From positions 3,906,001 to 3,970,000 of the forward strand of contig JAYWIR010000009.1 of assembly GCA_036172245.1 (NCBI GenBank): a stretch of DNA of 64,000 bases. Reading direction: 5' to 3'. The position numbers and the translations under genes are program-made. Under the pieces are notes generated by a model. The model was not told the origin of the DNA. It did no database searches and saw only the letters and a list, made by a program, of their open reading frames with translations. Every line of letters begins with the position of its first letter. Positions within the stretch are counted from its first letter, which is position 1. Of the stretch, positions 49,272 to 64,000 are shown piece after piece. The stretch is from Raillietiella orientalis. Lineage: Eukaryota.

Positions 49272-50600
49272 AAAATTTCATAGAACCTGAGCTTTCCCTA
49301 ATGCAGGCCATCACATGTGTACCGACACATGCATACAACGAACCACATTGCAATTAATTGGCAGGTAAATATGCTATTTGTAGATGTACACTATAATAAA
49401 ATGAGAGTTTGCAGTTAATTGTACAAGTCGATTGTTCGCACTTGACTATTAGTTCAAGTAATTCATCAACTCAAAGTGTGCAGAATGCTGCAGGCTGCAG
49501 CTGCAATTTAGATTTAGTTAGTAAGTTTCCAAACATTGGATCTCCGAATGTTCAACCCCGGCGTGTTTAAAGATTGCGTGCATGTAATTTCTCTTTTAAG
49601 AAACGGGCAAGAAGCTCGTAATTGCAGTTCTCGTTGTAAGCTCGTTTCGAACCTCGCATTTTGTTATGGCACGGTGGAATTTCGTTTCCACAGTGACCCA
49701 CGCATTTCGGAATCATTAATTACCTGTAATTTTCGATGTTCCCATCCAGACTCTTGAAAGTGTATTCATCCTTTTCATCACTTACGTATTACAAGTGCAA
49801 TTCGAAAGTCGGTTCTTTCGTACAACACACTTTGACTATTTTTGTGAGATGATTGCATACAAACCAACACATCCAATTGAACTGAAAATACTTTTCCAGT
49901 TTTAAGAAGAAAAAATGAAAGTTTAAAGCCTCAAAACTTGAAATCTCAGATAGCTGATTAGAAAATAGCTGATTAGTTCCTATGCATTCGGTTCCAGCAG
50001 AGGAGGGACGAGCCACGAGAATCATTTGACATGCTAAAGATGCATAGGTTTTTTTATCTCCTATTCTAGAGAAAATAGCTAGGTGCAGGGCCACGGTGCT
50101 GACCACATAGACGGAGATAGGGCTGGAAACACCACTGAACCACCGGACTACAACGACTCAAATAATGGTTGTAATTTGCGTGAAATAGGAAGAGGGAACA
50201 GAGAGAAAGGAACTATTTCTATGTTGCACAAAAAGGCGTTCAACGACCAGCGGTTCCAACAGATGCAGGCTGTACAATAGAGACTGAAATGACTTCTCGT
50301 CATGCACTGGGAGTTACTCGAAAACGCAGCTTTCTATCAACGGCCACATTACAAACGCTTAAGAAAACGTTTCTTTGAGGAAAAGTGTCGTCCGTACCGA
50401 CGCTGATTTCCATTGTGCAAAAGTTGCTCGAAAGATAACAGTATTATGACAGTAAACCCTGTACAGACTGATCAGAGAAGCCCTGCAGAAAGAGAGAGGA
50501 AAAAGGGTGCGCTGAATTACTCCATCTTCTATTTCTCTTCTATTATTAGACTAGAGAGAAGAGATTCGGATGCATGCATCGGTTAAACAAGGGCTTGAAT

Positions 50601-50637
50601 CAACACTTTGATCTTAGCGAAAAGGCCGAGAAGCGAA
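50601..50637 (-). pseudogene. U2: U2 snRNA 5' fragment (nt 1-~37)
   Basis: The reverse complement reads TTCGCTTCTCGGCCTTTTCGCTAAGATCAAAGTGTTG. No further U2 similarity was seen. Confidence 0.88.
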
Positions 50638-52123
50638 ACAAAATTCCCGAAGGAGCTCCCTAAATTTCAGTGGCCACTTGGAGCAGGCATTGTATGGGGA
50701 TATAAATTCTGTGAGCAGTAAGGAAATAGATATTTCAACTTATGAAATGAACAAAAGAAATAACGAGTCGAGAAACTGCATAGGTAATAAATAGTGCCTG
50801 CGATGTAATAACACTTTTGAAGCCACGGAAGCTTGTAACATGGAAAAAAAAAAGTCTGGCCTCTGAAGACTAATTCAATTCACATAGGTGATTCAAAACT
50901 AATTGTGACAATACTTTGAAAGCATAGCAAATTAGTGTTACCTACACATTCTCTACATACCAAGCAAATAGGTTGCCAAAATTTGCAGCTGTCTTCTTAA
51001 GTGACAGCTTAACGAATGTAATGTAAAATGTGATTCATTTATCAGTTTCAGATTTCACACCCTTGAATTTCAAACACTTGGAAATTTTTATCGAACATTT
51101 GCAAATACGATATCCCCAAAACTTTATCCTCAGAAAATTAATCAAGCAACGCCCATGCGAAGATCATATAGCAAAAATAAGAATGCTGCAAACTTCAGTT
51201 TACAGGAAAGGTATTTTTTCTGCACGAATTTTCGAAAATTCGTAAATTAGACTCGAAACAAGTACGAAATCATTGTTCTGTGTCCAATTGCAACTAGTAA
51301 GCGCTGAAACTCAGAATAATAAACCACTTAGTACTTGTAATTATGAGCTATATACCCCAAGAAAAAGGCACCGCAACACGCAGATGTGTAAGTTATAGCC
51401 CGGAAGCTAAATCATGATTTAATCCCAAGATTGCTAGTTTCGTAACCTTTTTCTTTTTTTTCTTCCCCATAAGATCTCGAAACAGTGATAGAGCGGAATC
51501 GCATGAATTTGGAGAATTTAAGTAGTAATGAATCACTACATTCTCTAGGCTACAAATGAGACATGAGGCACAATGCACTCTAGACGGGCAAATAACATTG
51601 ATATAGATTTTCCCTTTCAAATTTAATTGCCTAAATTAAAAAAAAAAAAAAAAAGGATCGTGGACAGTCGTTGAAAAAATTATGAGCCTACCATTATTCT
51701 TATAACGGCATTTCTTCATGCTACTCAAGTCAGTTATTGAAAATTAATATCATATGTCTTAGAGTTTGATATTCAGCTACCTCTAGAATATGGAGTCTGC
51801 AATAGTGAGGTAGAACGGTAATATCGTGGTGAAATGCAACACAAAGCTATTGGATTGTTCAATATCCATCTTTCATTTTTTCTCCAGAGCAGGAACAAAC
51901 GCTGTAAAAAGAGAAAACGAAATCATCCTGATCGTTAAAGTACTCAAGAATTTGAAAAGTCTCTTCTAAGATTGAGGATATTGTGTCCGTCAAATTAAAG
52001 AGAGAGAAAGAGGAGGAATGCTGAATGTGAATCCATCGGGTCAAGAGAAGTCATCCGTCCTGAAGTACCTTCCAGCTCTGAGTTTGGTTTAGATATTCGT
52101 CATTCGAGGAATGCATAAGCAGC

Positions 52124-52244
52124 AAAACATTCAACGAACCACTGAGTGTGTCTCAGCGATTCCTTGAATCTGTTTAAATCCAACTCTCTTTAAAATTCAA
52201 ATCCTTTCGTGTTAGAACACACTCGGTGATTCCTTGAATGTTTT
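52124..52244. repeat. Imperfect inverted repeat with ~45-bp arms (MITE-like or hairpin)
   Basis: AAAACATTCAACGAACCACTGAGTGTGT... pairs with ...ACACACTCGGTGATTCCTTGAATGTTTT. Confidence 0.75.
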
Positions 52245-53204
52245 ATTATGTATCCATTTAGTCGTCGCTTTTGAAATACAAAATTTTCCACAAATGGTGA
52301 AAGAAGTGTTACTTCCCGATACATTATAGCATTATGAATCTGAAATCATAGCATTGGAAACTATGAAATGCAACACAGAAATTAAATACGTGAGACTGTA
52401 GGGGTTGCCTACTGATTTTTGAGAAACATTTTAATTCAAGATGGTTAGCACGAAGAAAACAAAAGATATGATCGGTTGATTCCTACCTGGAATAAATAGC
52501 AGGGAAGAAAATGGACTTTGAACAATACGAGATGATTTCATGAAAAGGAATCGAGCACACGTATCACCCAATAAATAATAAAGTGTTGGAACCTATCTAT
52601 GAATAACAATTTGTTGATGAATGTCTGGAAAGTAAATACTTAGGGAAAACAGACAATGCTTAAATGATTGCAGGAATGTGAAAATTAGAACGGAAATTTA
52701 GGATCCGATCGGTAGTCGTCGTATAATAAATGTTTCTATTTAACCTAGTGTGTTTTTCATGAATAGAGTCCGTAGCAATGAAACACGAATGCCTATGAGA
52801 TTGGAAAAAGAAATTTCAGATACCCCAAGTATGTCGAGACAATTTCAGTTTCCGTGTTGATACGTTTTCTAATTGCGCGCACTGGAAAACAAGTCACTTG
52901 AAAATAACACGGAAATCAATCAAAAATGTCATTTCCTAGCTGGGATTTTCCACTGAAGGCACGATATCTACGTTGCAAGTAAATCCCAAGCTTTGAAAAG
53001 CTGCGGGTTGCGTTGAAAACAAAATCGTGCAGTCGAAGCCCAAGCGGAAACTATGAATGGAATGTTGGAGTGTTGCCTGTGCAGACTAATTTATTGAGAG
53101 AATTGTGATACCCCAGTAATATTTTACCCGGGAAATTGTCCCATAAGAAGAATTTGTTATCACTGGACTGATAAGTAAGGGCAATGCGTATTGTTGATGA
53201 CAGA

Positions 53205-54158
53205 ATGACAATGAATGATGAGCTACCATTACCAGCTTTCTTCATGCCTATGCTGTTAAAATCTGTTTTATCACAGGTAAGAGAATTTTTTCGAATTTTA
53301 CATTTTATTTTGTGAACCTCATTCATCAAACAAGTTCACACGTAACTCATATGTGACCACAATTAGTTTATACAAATTCATATAGTGGAAATGCAGTCTT
53401 AGATGCCTGACAATTAACAGTTCTCATTATTCTAGGTAGAAAAACAAGATCTTGCAATTTCACAAACCTTAAGAACATCATTGAACAAAGTGGAAGGTGC
53501 ATATCCAGGTTTCTCATATAATCTGGTTTTAAAATTAATCCAGAAAGCAGATCTATCAATTAATATAGATGAAAGTCTGTTGCGACTCTATGGAAACATT
53601 ACTGATGGAGAAGGTGAGTGTAGTATTCTACTAAGCATTCATCTTGTTGTCAGCATTAGAGTTTCGCCTGTCCAGAATTGAGGAACCATTTCAAGATTTA
53701 AATAAAAAATCTACTGCCTTGAAAAGAATATTATGCAGAATACCTGACGAAATAACTGACCGTCGTGCATTTTTGGAAACTATTAAGTATACAAATGAAA
53801 GTTTTATTAATATGGGGCTTAATGCGCACATTAATAGAGAGATAGCAAGTGCCATCAAGAAATTATTAGATGTGGTTGCTGAATTATGTAATTACATTCC
53901 CACAATAGAAGGCAAACAAACTCTAGAACAGAAAAAACGAGATTTTGTTAAATATTCAAAAAAATTTAGTAACAGCCTCAAAGATTTTTTCCGAGAAGGC
54001 CGGTGAGTATACTTATAGACTAGAGAAAGTACACAGTCTTTTAAAGATCTAGTCCCGTATTCACCAACAGCATTTATCTCATTTATTATGCAAATATTAT
54101 AGTGGACACAGTCAAATATTACTGTGAACAACATCATGATAAAATACATTTCTCAAAA

Positions 54159-54173
<15 letters not shown>
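53205..54173 (+). CDS. PDCD10: Programmed cell death protein 10 / CCM3, multi-exon
   Basis: ESLLRL, FQDLNKKSTALKRILCRIPDEITDRRAFLETIK|EIASAIKKLLD, KKRDFVKYSKKFSNSLK. The last exon from 54047 reads SSPVFTNSIYLIYYANII...LQV*. Confidence 0.9.
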
Positions 54174-56570
<2,397 letters not shown>

Positions 56571-56740
56571 GGCATGGTTATTTTACTGAAACATTTGCTA
56601 CCATATGTAATTTGACTACATGTAGGTGGTATTATAGAACGGCTAAGCCTACCACCAAAGAATAACTATATAACACAACAATACGTCTTTAATTAGTTCA
56701 TGTTCAAAATAATGCACATGTCTCTCAAGGCTCTAAGCAG

Positions 56741-59700
56741 CTACATACATGCACAGCTCTGTTCCAACGATCCCAAGCTAACTGGTACTGTACTCTAAAG
56801 AAATATATATGATTTCTGCACTGCAACTTAAGAACGCCTTCTTTAAAAATCCCATCTTCGGAACTCGGAATACCACATGAATAACCAATCAATGGCAAAA
56901 CTGCTAAGGGAAATTCATCCTGGGATTATTCTTTAGGGATTGCTATATTAACTTTGATTGCTTACTTTATGCGTCCGGAAAAAAAACAAACTCAAATTAC
57001 CCAACACCAACCACAGTTTCTGCCAGCCACTGCTATGCTTTAGCTTGCGGAGAACATAACCACTTTGGTATATCTGTGAAATTCCTTTTATCTGTAATAT
57101 TTCTGATTAGATCATTAACCTGCATTGCACTGAGCATGTCCTGCTGCCCTAAAGAAATATTTCTATACCAACAAGCTTGAAGTAAGCTATTTTTCATGTG
57201 ATAGGGTGACTCAGACTTCAGTTCCTCGTTCACTGAACGGCATGTATACAAACTTACATCTTCTTGTTCTATGCTGTGCTTGCACAAACTCTCTATTACT
57301 TGTGAAATATCTCTGACCCAAAGATTCTTTTGTTGCTGGGTAGAAGCAGAGAAAACTAAGGATTTATTACTGCTGTGCAATGCAAAGCAATTTTCAGCTT
57401 CGATCAGACTTGCTGTATCCTCTTCTAAATAAAAATCTCTGAGTGGGAGTTGGCCAATGATTCGGTTCTGATTAGCATAAATCAAACGATCACTAAACTT
57501 TGTCGAAAATAAACCCTAGAGTTTAGTTAGTTTTGCTTACTAGAAACAATATCCGCTGCTGAAAAGCATGTTGAGAAAGCTTTTTGAGACAACCGAGGCG
57601 GATCAACGCATTTCTGCTTGAAGTCAAATGCAATGGCACATCAGCAAATAAAGGTTCCTTTTGCAATTCAAACAATTGCGCAAAATTGATCTACACAAAA
57701 GACTGTTAGAATACAATGAAATACAAAGCGGGGAGCTACTTTAGTACTTACACTCTTTGTTAGATGGGTGTGAGCTTGATGATTAAGATCATCTAGAGCT
57801 TTCCAACATGCTTCCGGACAATAGTTTTGATAATCAAGTGCTAAAAATCAGGTACAATAAAACGAATGCATCAAACTTGAAATGATGAAAATCAAAAAGA
57901 GTACAGAGATACAATTTCACATTTAATGTCATGCAATGACTGCCTGAGCGATACGCTCAAGAATATGTAATTATACCATGTAGAAAATATAAAGGATGAA
58001 ATGTCACCACAAATCGGGAAAACTACTTGTTTGAAAAAGAATTCGGATGACTTACAAGCTCTCTTTGAAAACTTTTACAACTAAACGTCTTGAAGATTAA
58101 TTACACATAGAACTAACAGAAACATGTTACTTCTTTATGGGCTTGTAAAGAGATACATTTCAACACGTAACTGTTGCAGAAAACAAACAGCAGCAGTTGA
58201 AAACGCCTATTAACCAAGCAAGTTTGCACAAGAAAAGTATGAGGAGACATACGATCCAAAACATTACTTAAAAATGTATAGCGTTTTAAATCAACGAGCC
58301 CCAACTCATCAGCTTGTGTCAGAAGACAAACAATTGCTGTTCACTTTTTGCTCCCTCTGTACGTCAACTTTGTACGTCGTACAATCGATATCTAAGTATG
58401 AAGATGCAGAACAGAAGAAAATAAGCTCAATCCTCCACGATCAGATTTTTTTTTTTTTTTCAAATAACGTCTAGGAAAACGGCTACACCGTTACTATAAA
58501 CTTGAGAATCCCCACCCGTAAAGTTACACGACTGGTATTCCCAATGGAGCTGTTCACACAACTGTGCCTGTTCCGATTGGGGTGCTGCCCTGTAAGAATG
58601 CACAAGCAATATATTCCACGGACCAAGTGGGTTTTTCTGAACTTCTACCTATCACCCGCATATCAAGAAACGAGTGAAATTTACTTCACATCAAGACGTC
58701 ACGTGTTGCGCTGAACGGGGATTTTCATCACCTACATGTGAAAATACATCTCTTTACACCTGGCTCACTGCCTGCATTTCAGGATCACCTCGCTGGAGCA
58801 CATCCTGAGACATAGGTCTCAGGATGTGCTCTGAACGGTCCTTCTGCTTGAAAGCTGCTGGCGAATCCGTTTACCATCCCAAGACTTATGGGTCTTTTGC
58901 TCACGAAGGGCATAACCAAAAACCGCTTCCAAGAACTCGTTTAGAAAGCACACAACACTTTATGTACGTCTTGAATACATACCTTTCGATTCAGAAACGC
59001 ATTTACTGCTGTGGACGATGGTACACGGTGCCACTGGGTTCGGATCACAGATCTTAAACTGAAAGGGAGTGAATTCTAATGGAAGAGTCGTTCCGGTAGA
59101 GTTTGTTTCGGACTACACCACATGCTAGCGAAACGAAAGAGATGATGAGGAAACACTTGAGAAGGCGAAAACACCCCGATGTTTCCGCTAACATCTTCTC
59201 CGACGTTTCCCTGACTTTCTGATGCCTGGCAGAACAAATACGTAACAGCAAGTGGTTTCACAAATGAAAGATGAAAACGAGAAGGACGAAACGTAATTTT
59301 GTCAGGCAAACGGCACGCACCGTGAATATAAACCGAAGCAAACAAACCATACAAAAGTACTTCTAACTCGACATATCAGATGACCGAGAAACTAATAAGA
59401 CAACGGAAGAAAGCAGCCAATGGATTTTTTTTTTTTTTTTAAAGAGCGCTTTCGGCTACTGATACAAAATCACACTCAAAAGGATCCCTAGTGAGACCTG
59501 CCCTTTAACCTTGGAATTCGCCAAGAACTGTGCTATATCGAATAGAAGGATGCTGTTCACGATGTGCCCAAAGTGGAAGTGGTAAATGGATAAGGAAACG
59601 ATCGACGGCAAACCGTCACTGCATACATTATTCGAATCAGTGTTTAGAAAGGACAATTTTTTTCCACTAAAGCAAGCAATAGAAGGAGAACTTCGTTTCT

Positions 59701-62700
59701 TAGGAAATCAACCAGTGAGTAGAAAGAAGGCAGGGAAGGAGAATCAACGATGAAAAAGTTCAGCATTCATCTAAGGAATACAGTGTAGCGGTGGCTCGCG
59801 CAATTTCCTAAATCCCTAAGCACCGAAAATTATGGCTTCGAATATTCTGAAAGCACTGCGCAGGAATTGGGACCGAGTCCTCCCGGTCGTCAGAAGACTC
59901 GGTCCACGATGGTGACTGTGAATTTCTTCAAGGAGTCACATAAACCGTGAACAGCGGTTGGCGCACTTGCCCCATATATGCACCGGTTCCGTGAAGAAGA
60001 CACGAAAGTCGAGGGGGGGCAGCAGCTTTCATGATGAACAAAAGATGAGTGTTCCGATGACAGCTGTTGCCTGGTAAGTAGTGTTCCAACAGATGGGAAT
60101 GATAAAAGAGTTGAAACGGAAGCTCGGGATAGCAGTCTCACGGTAGGCTCCAGAGCGTGGAAGCCACGAAATACCAACCCAAACGTCGAAGTCATCGACG
60201 AACGGAGACATTTTCTGGGGGGGCTTTTTGGAAGTATCGAATGTCTTGACGTACTTTTGGAATGCTGGGATTCGTTTCGCGTTCCGGCGAAAAAAGGCAG
60301 GACAGTGGTTCCTACGGCTGTGACGCCGTTCCTAAACTTAAATGATGTCATGCGGACGAGAAACGTGTCACAGGGAAGGACACGGAACAGGCAGCCAGGT
60401 TGGCTCCTTTGGTGAGGCCACGAAACAGACAGATGTCTGAAAATCGACTTGATTTACATTCACAAAGCTCGTCTGAGTTCACTCGCTGGGGGCTGCAACG
60501 TTTCGCAAGGAAAATAAAGTTACCGCAAAAGAACCGGAAAAATAATCTCGATAAAAGTGACAGAACTAGTTATGACGCGTTACACACACACAAAAAAAAC
60601 AAAACGTTCCTGGTGAAAGTACGCCCCAAACACCGATGTAACGGACACAGACGTGGATGTGTGAAGAAGACACAATGATGGGCATTACTCTTCCTTCTTT
60701 CTCCATAGCCTTCTCCACCCCCCGCCTCCCCTTTTCAAGCTTTCCAAAAGTATTTTTGACTTCCTTTATATTTTTTTTCCTACCCACTCTCATTACTTTA
60801 TTATTTATTTTTCCACGCATTTCGAAATTCACAATGGACACGAAGTAGGATGGGCATCCAAGGCGCATGCTGATTTCAGGAGTTTCTCTGAATTCACGGA
60901 CGAATGCCGAAATTTCCCTAACTAATTACCCAATAATTTTTGACAACTATCCGCTGTTCAGAATCATCTAGAGGCCTAAATTAATGTTTACATCTCAATT
61001 TCAAGGAATGGGATCTTCAAAAACCTACAAACACACAGATGAAGCCATTTTATTATGGGACCGTTCTAAAATAATAACTCCTGGATATAATTCGACACCA
61101 CAAGTGGCAACTTATGCGAAGAGATCATTGAAAATCCGCTGCCATGCCCGTTGGCAGCAGTTAGGCGCCCGAGAAAGGCGTCCGTCGAAAAGTGCATCGC
61201 ATGGGTAACACACATCAACTGACACGAGCCCACCAAACCTTAACCCCGAAAAGACAAACTTCTATCGCTTTCGCAGTTATTCCCGGATGGTCAAGACTTT
61301 TGCCGTTTCTATGCAAGCCGTCACGAGTGCACACACACACATCCGCATGTTCGTGAGCATCTTCCTCTTCTGTGGAGTCAGCTGATAGGGCAGGCGGTGG
61401 ATTTCAAGGATTTTTCCGCCGAATGGCAACACCGTGGTCAGGATCGAATGGTCACGTTCGGTGTTTCGGGCGATGGCGCCGGCGTCTCCTTCAGTCCTTC
61501 TTCTCGGGTGGAGAAAGAAAGAAACAACTTGCTCCAAAACCACACGAGCGACTGGGGATGAAGTCCGCCGAAGCAGCCATCCCACTCCACCGTTTCCCTG
61601 GCAAGCTCGCCAGCCGAATGGACCATTCGCCGACCCTGACGGGACGAAATCTTCTAGTCGTACCGACTGGCGAGTTTCCATGCATTCACACGCTGAAACG
61701 GACAGCCGGGAACGATCAGCACTCGCATCCTTTTCGAGGTTCCCCGACTGGTCCACCCAAAGAGTAACGACGCCGGCGACCTTGCTCGGGATTCAGTTTC
61801 GGCTTCGATGAGAGCTATGGACCGCTCTCCCGGGATAATTTTCGCCCTCCGTCTCAATCTTTTGGGAGTTCCGACCACTTCTCGAAGGAAGGAACGTACG
61901 GAAAACCTTTAGCATCATCCTGTGTTTAGATCACAATTCATCTATCGGGCGATGAGTTGCCCACTCATCCAAACAGTCCATACCATCACTTTAATAGCAT
62001 GCCACCGTCAAAGTAGGATGTCTTTTCTCTAGCCCGGCTCGTGATTGCATCGTCGGCCAGTGGACACGCACTGGCGGATGGTGGCAGGCCTTCCAGGAGA
62101 GTCCGTGCGGCACAAAACGGAGTCTGTACTTTTCTTCGATTTCGAATACGCACAAAGCTACGTAAGAAGCATTATCTGCATCGTCCCTTCTAGCCAGAAG
62201 AATAGAAATTCTACTTGCTAGTTGGACGTACAAAAAGGTTCGGTCTGGATAATAATAACTCCGTACGCAAACTATCGCCATCATCCATATGAATAATACG
62301 AAACCATGAGCGAATCCGCCTCTGTTTCAAGTCTGCTCCGTTCATCAGCACATATTCCCCTCCTGACTACCTTATACTTCTCTCGGGGTCCAACCATGAA
62401 TAATTTATATTTGTCATTGGATATGCATCTGTGCTCACATCAGGCATTCGGTCCCGAGAAATTCATTAACATCCCAGATTTCTCAAGCGGGATGCTGAGA
62501 AAATAACTGCTCGATAGAGTCATGGAAGAACGTAATTATTGTCTTCTTTGTCGTTTAAATCACTTGCGATAACGTAACGGCATGCACTCTTAATTTAAAT
62601 ATCCTGCAGTTTAACCTGCATGCTTAGCCTGTTGAGCTGTACGTTTATGGAAGACGTGGTACGACAAAAGTCGATCGCAACACGCTGTATCGGCTAACCT

Positions 62701-64000
62701 TTGTAGTCTGCTTGCCTGGCATCACTGTGCAGCACACGTAGCTTTACTCACTCGTGATCATCACTCCCTTTTTCTTCCTTGGGCCTCGAAAAGCCTTCAA
62801 TACAACCAAACGTTTCTAACGTCAATCCTGAAAGGTAGCAACGCAGTCATTTCCCTGTTGATTAACTTGAGGACGACTCTTGGATCCTTTGTTTCCGGTT
62901 GTGATCTCGGGACTCTTGATTCTCCACTTGGTCGTACTCTTAGGTGCCTATTCTGTGCTTGCACTGTGGGATGTTTTGTGATTTGCTTTCAATCACGGAA
63001 CCTTCCCAATACCATGGTACACCGTGATGGCTTCAAAGTACAGGAATAATTTGGATTATTGTTATTCTTTCACTCATTACGAGGGGTCTTCTTGTCCCCA
63101 CTCTTTTATTCTTTCACGAACCTCAAGAATTGCAATTGGTTAGGGCTCATCAGTTCCAATCACGGCGATGTTTTTTGACATAAAGACCGATTTAGATATT
63201 TTCGGGAGCACATAACTGTGAACGAGATCAGGAGTACGACCAACGAATAGGAAATGCACCAATGCATTAAACAATTTAATGCCATACGCATCACGGAAAA
63301 AATCAGGCAATTGTGGCTCACTTGACCTACATTTCCCATATATCGCAACTGGGTTAACAAATTAAGCCACTGCTTTTCTTTGGAGTTCAACTCCATCAAC
63401 TTTACTTTCTACACCACGTCTATTAATAACGTACAAACATTCGGAAAATAACTGCTGTTAGTGCTTCCCCATTAACAACCAGATGGTAAAATCACTGTGC
63501 TAAGGGGCAACTCTACTTATTAATCACGTAATTCATAGAATCCTTATAGAAAACTTGAATATTTCGGCAAAGGAAAACAATAAGTACCACACGGCAATAC
63601 AAACTTTACATGAACAGATCGACTAACCTTTTAACATATCAGCATAATACATTACTCTTGTCAGGGGTGCTAAAAAAGCAATCTGTAGTGGAATATAGCA
63701 TATCTTGGAAGATTCAAAGTTGTTAAAGATGGTCTTAAAGGCATCGCATTTTCGATACTTGTGTTCCAAATTTTGCAGAACCTCAAAATGTTTAGCAATA
63801 TACTCGGAATAAAACTGAGGGCTCTTATTAAAGATGCTGCTCATATCGTACTTACAGGAAGTGACGATGTCAGCTGAGAGGAAAAACATTTGAACGCATC
63901 ATCAAGCCTAAAATTAAACTCATCTCTATTCTTCAAAGATAGACAATATTTTACCGGGAATTCACAGGAGAGGATCGATCTGCATCACATTCCAGTTTTG
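56741..64000 (-). CDS. FARP: FARP1/2-like (FERM-RhoGEF-PH) gene, 3' part; continues beyond window; 5.8-kb intron 57841-63627
   Basis: DH segment FESSKICYIPLQIAFLAPLTRVMYY; PH1 IRLGCLKKLS...QQRILFL; WYRNISL; PH2 SGYVLRKLKHSSGWQKLW...DEFPLAVLPLIGY...HIYFFR. Confidence 0.88.
58480..59050 (+). mobile_element. Possible decayed mariner-like transposase in the FARP intron
   Basis: WVFLNFYLSP...SEIYF, DFHH and PKTYGSFAH...TYLSIQKRIY resemble degenerate mariner catalytic-domain motifs. Confidence 0.35.
62850..63400 (-). mobile_element. Possible decayed RTE-like endonuclease relic in the FARP intron
   Basis: GNVGQ...WCISYSLVV...KTSP*...NQLQFL resembles the C...L.I.NT.F...TW.SP...NQIDY segment. Confidence 0.3.

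Noticed and set aside
59890..62300. ORFs within the FARP intron (e.g. FVDDFDVWV)
   Set aside because: At most faint integrase-like remnants; too weak to call.

Overview
Eukaryotic (animal, probably arthropod-like invertebrate) DNA with very short spliceosomal introns (41-56 nt). The right 40% is an AT-rich housekeeping block: msl2, TPP2, MPI, PDCD10, DHX33 and the 3' part of a FARP-like gene. The left 60% is a nested inverted-repeat region. (1) A 27.5-kb palindrome has 10.76-kb arms (11680-22442 and 28390-39151) that are almost identical. The right arm ends inside an intact msl2; the left arm carries an msl2 copy that keeps the RING and loses the CXC domain. A WDY/WDR49-family WD40 gene starts in the spacer and splices into the left arm. 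(2) An inverted pair of coilin genes; the stop codon of the second copy sits exactly on the palindrome breakpoint, so its 3' UTR would be antisense msl2. (3) A 1.4-kb gypsy-relic segment present three times (one copy truncated), with one junction at a 28-bp hairpin. Most GC-rich DNA, and most of the dense ORF track there, appears to be decayed Ty3/gypsy and non-LTR retroelements rather than genes. Two 5' U2 snRNA fragments, both truncated at the branch-site-pairing region, are also present. All homology calls are from motif recognition by eye, not database searches. Functional and sex-linkage interpretations are hypotheses.
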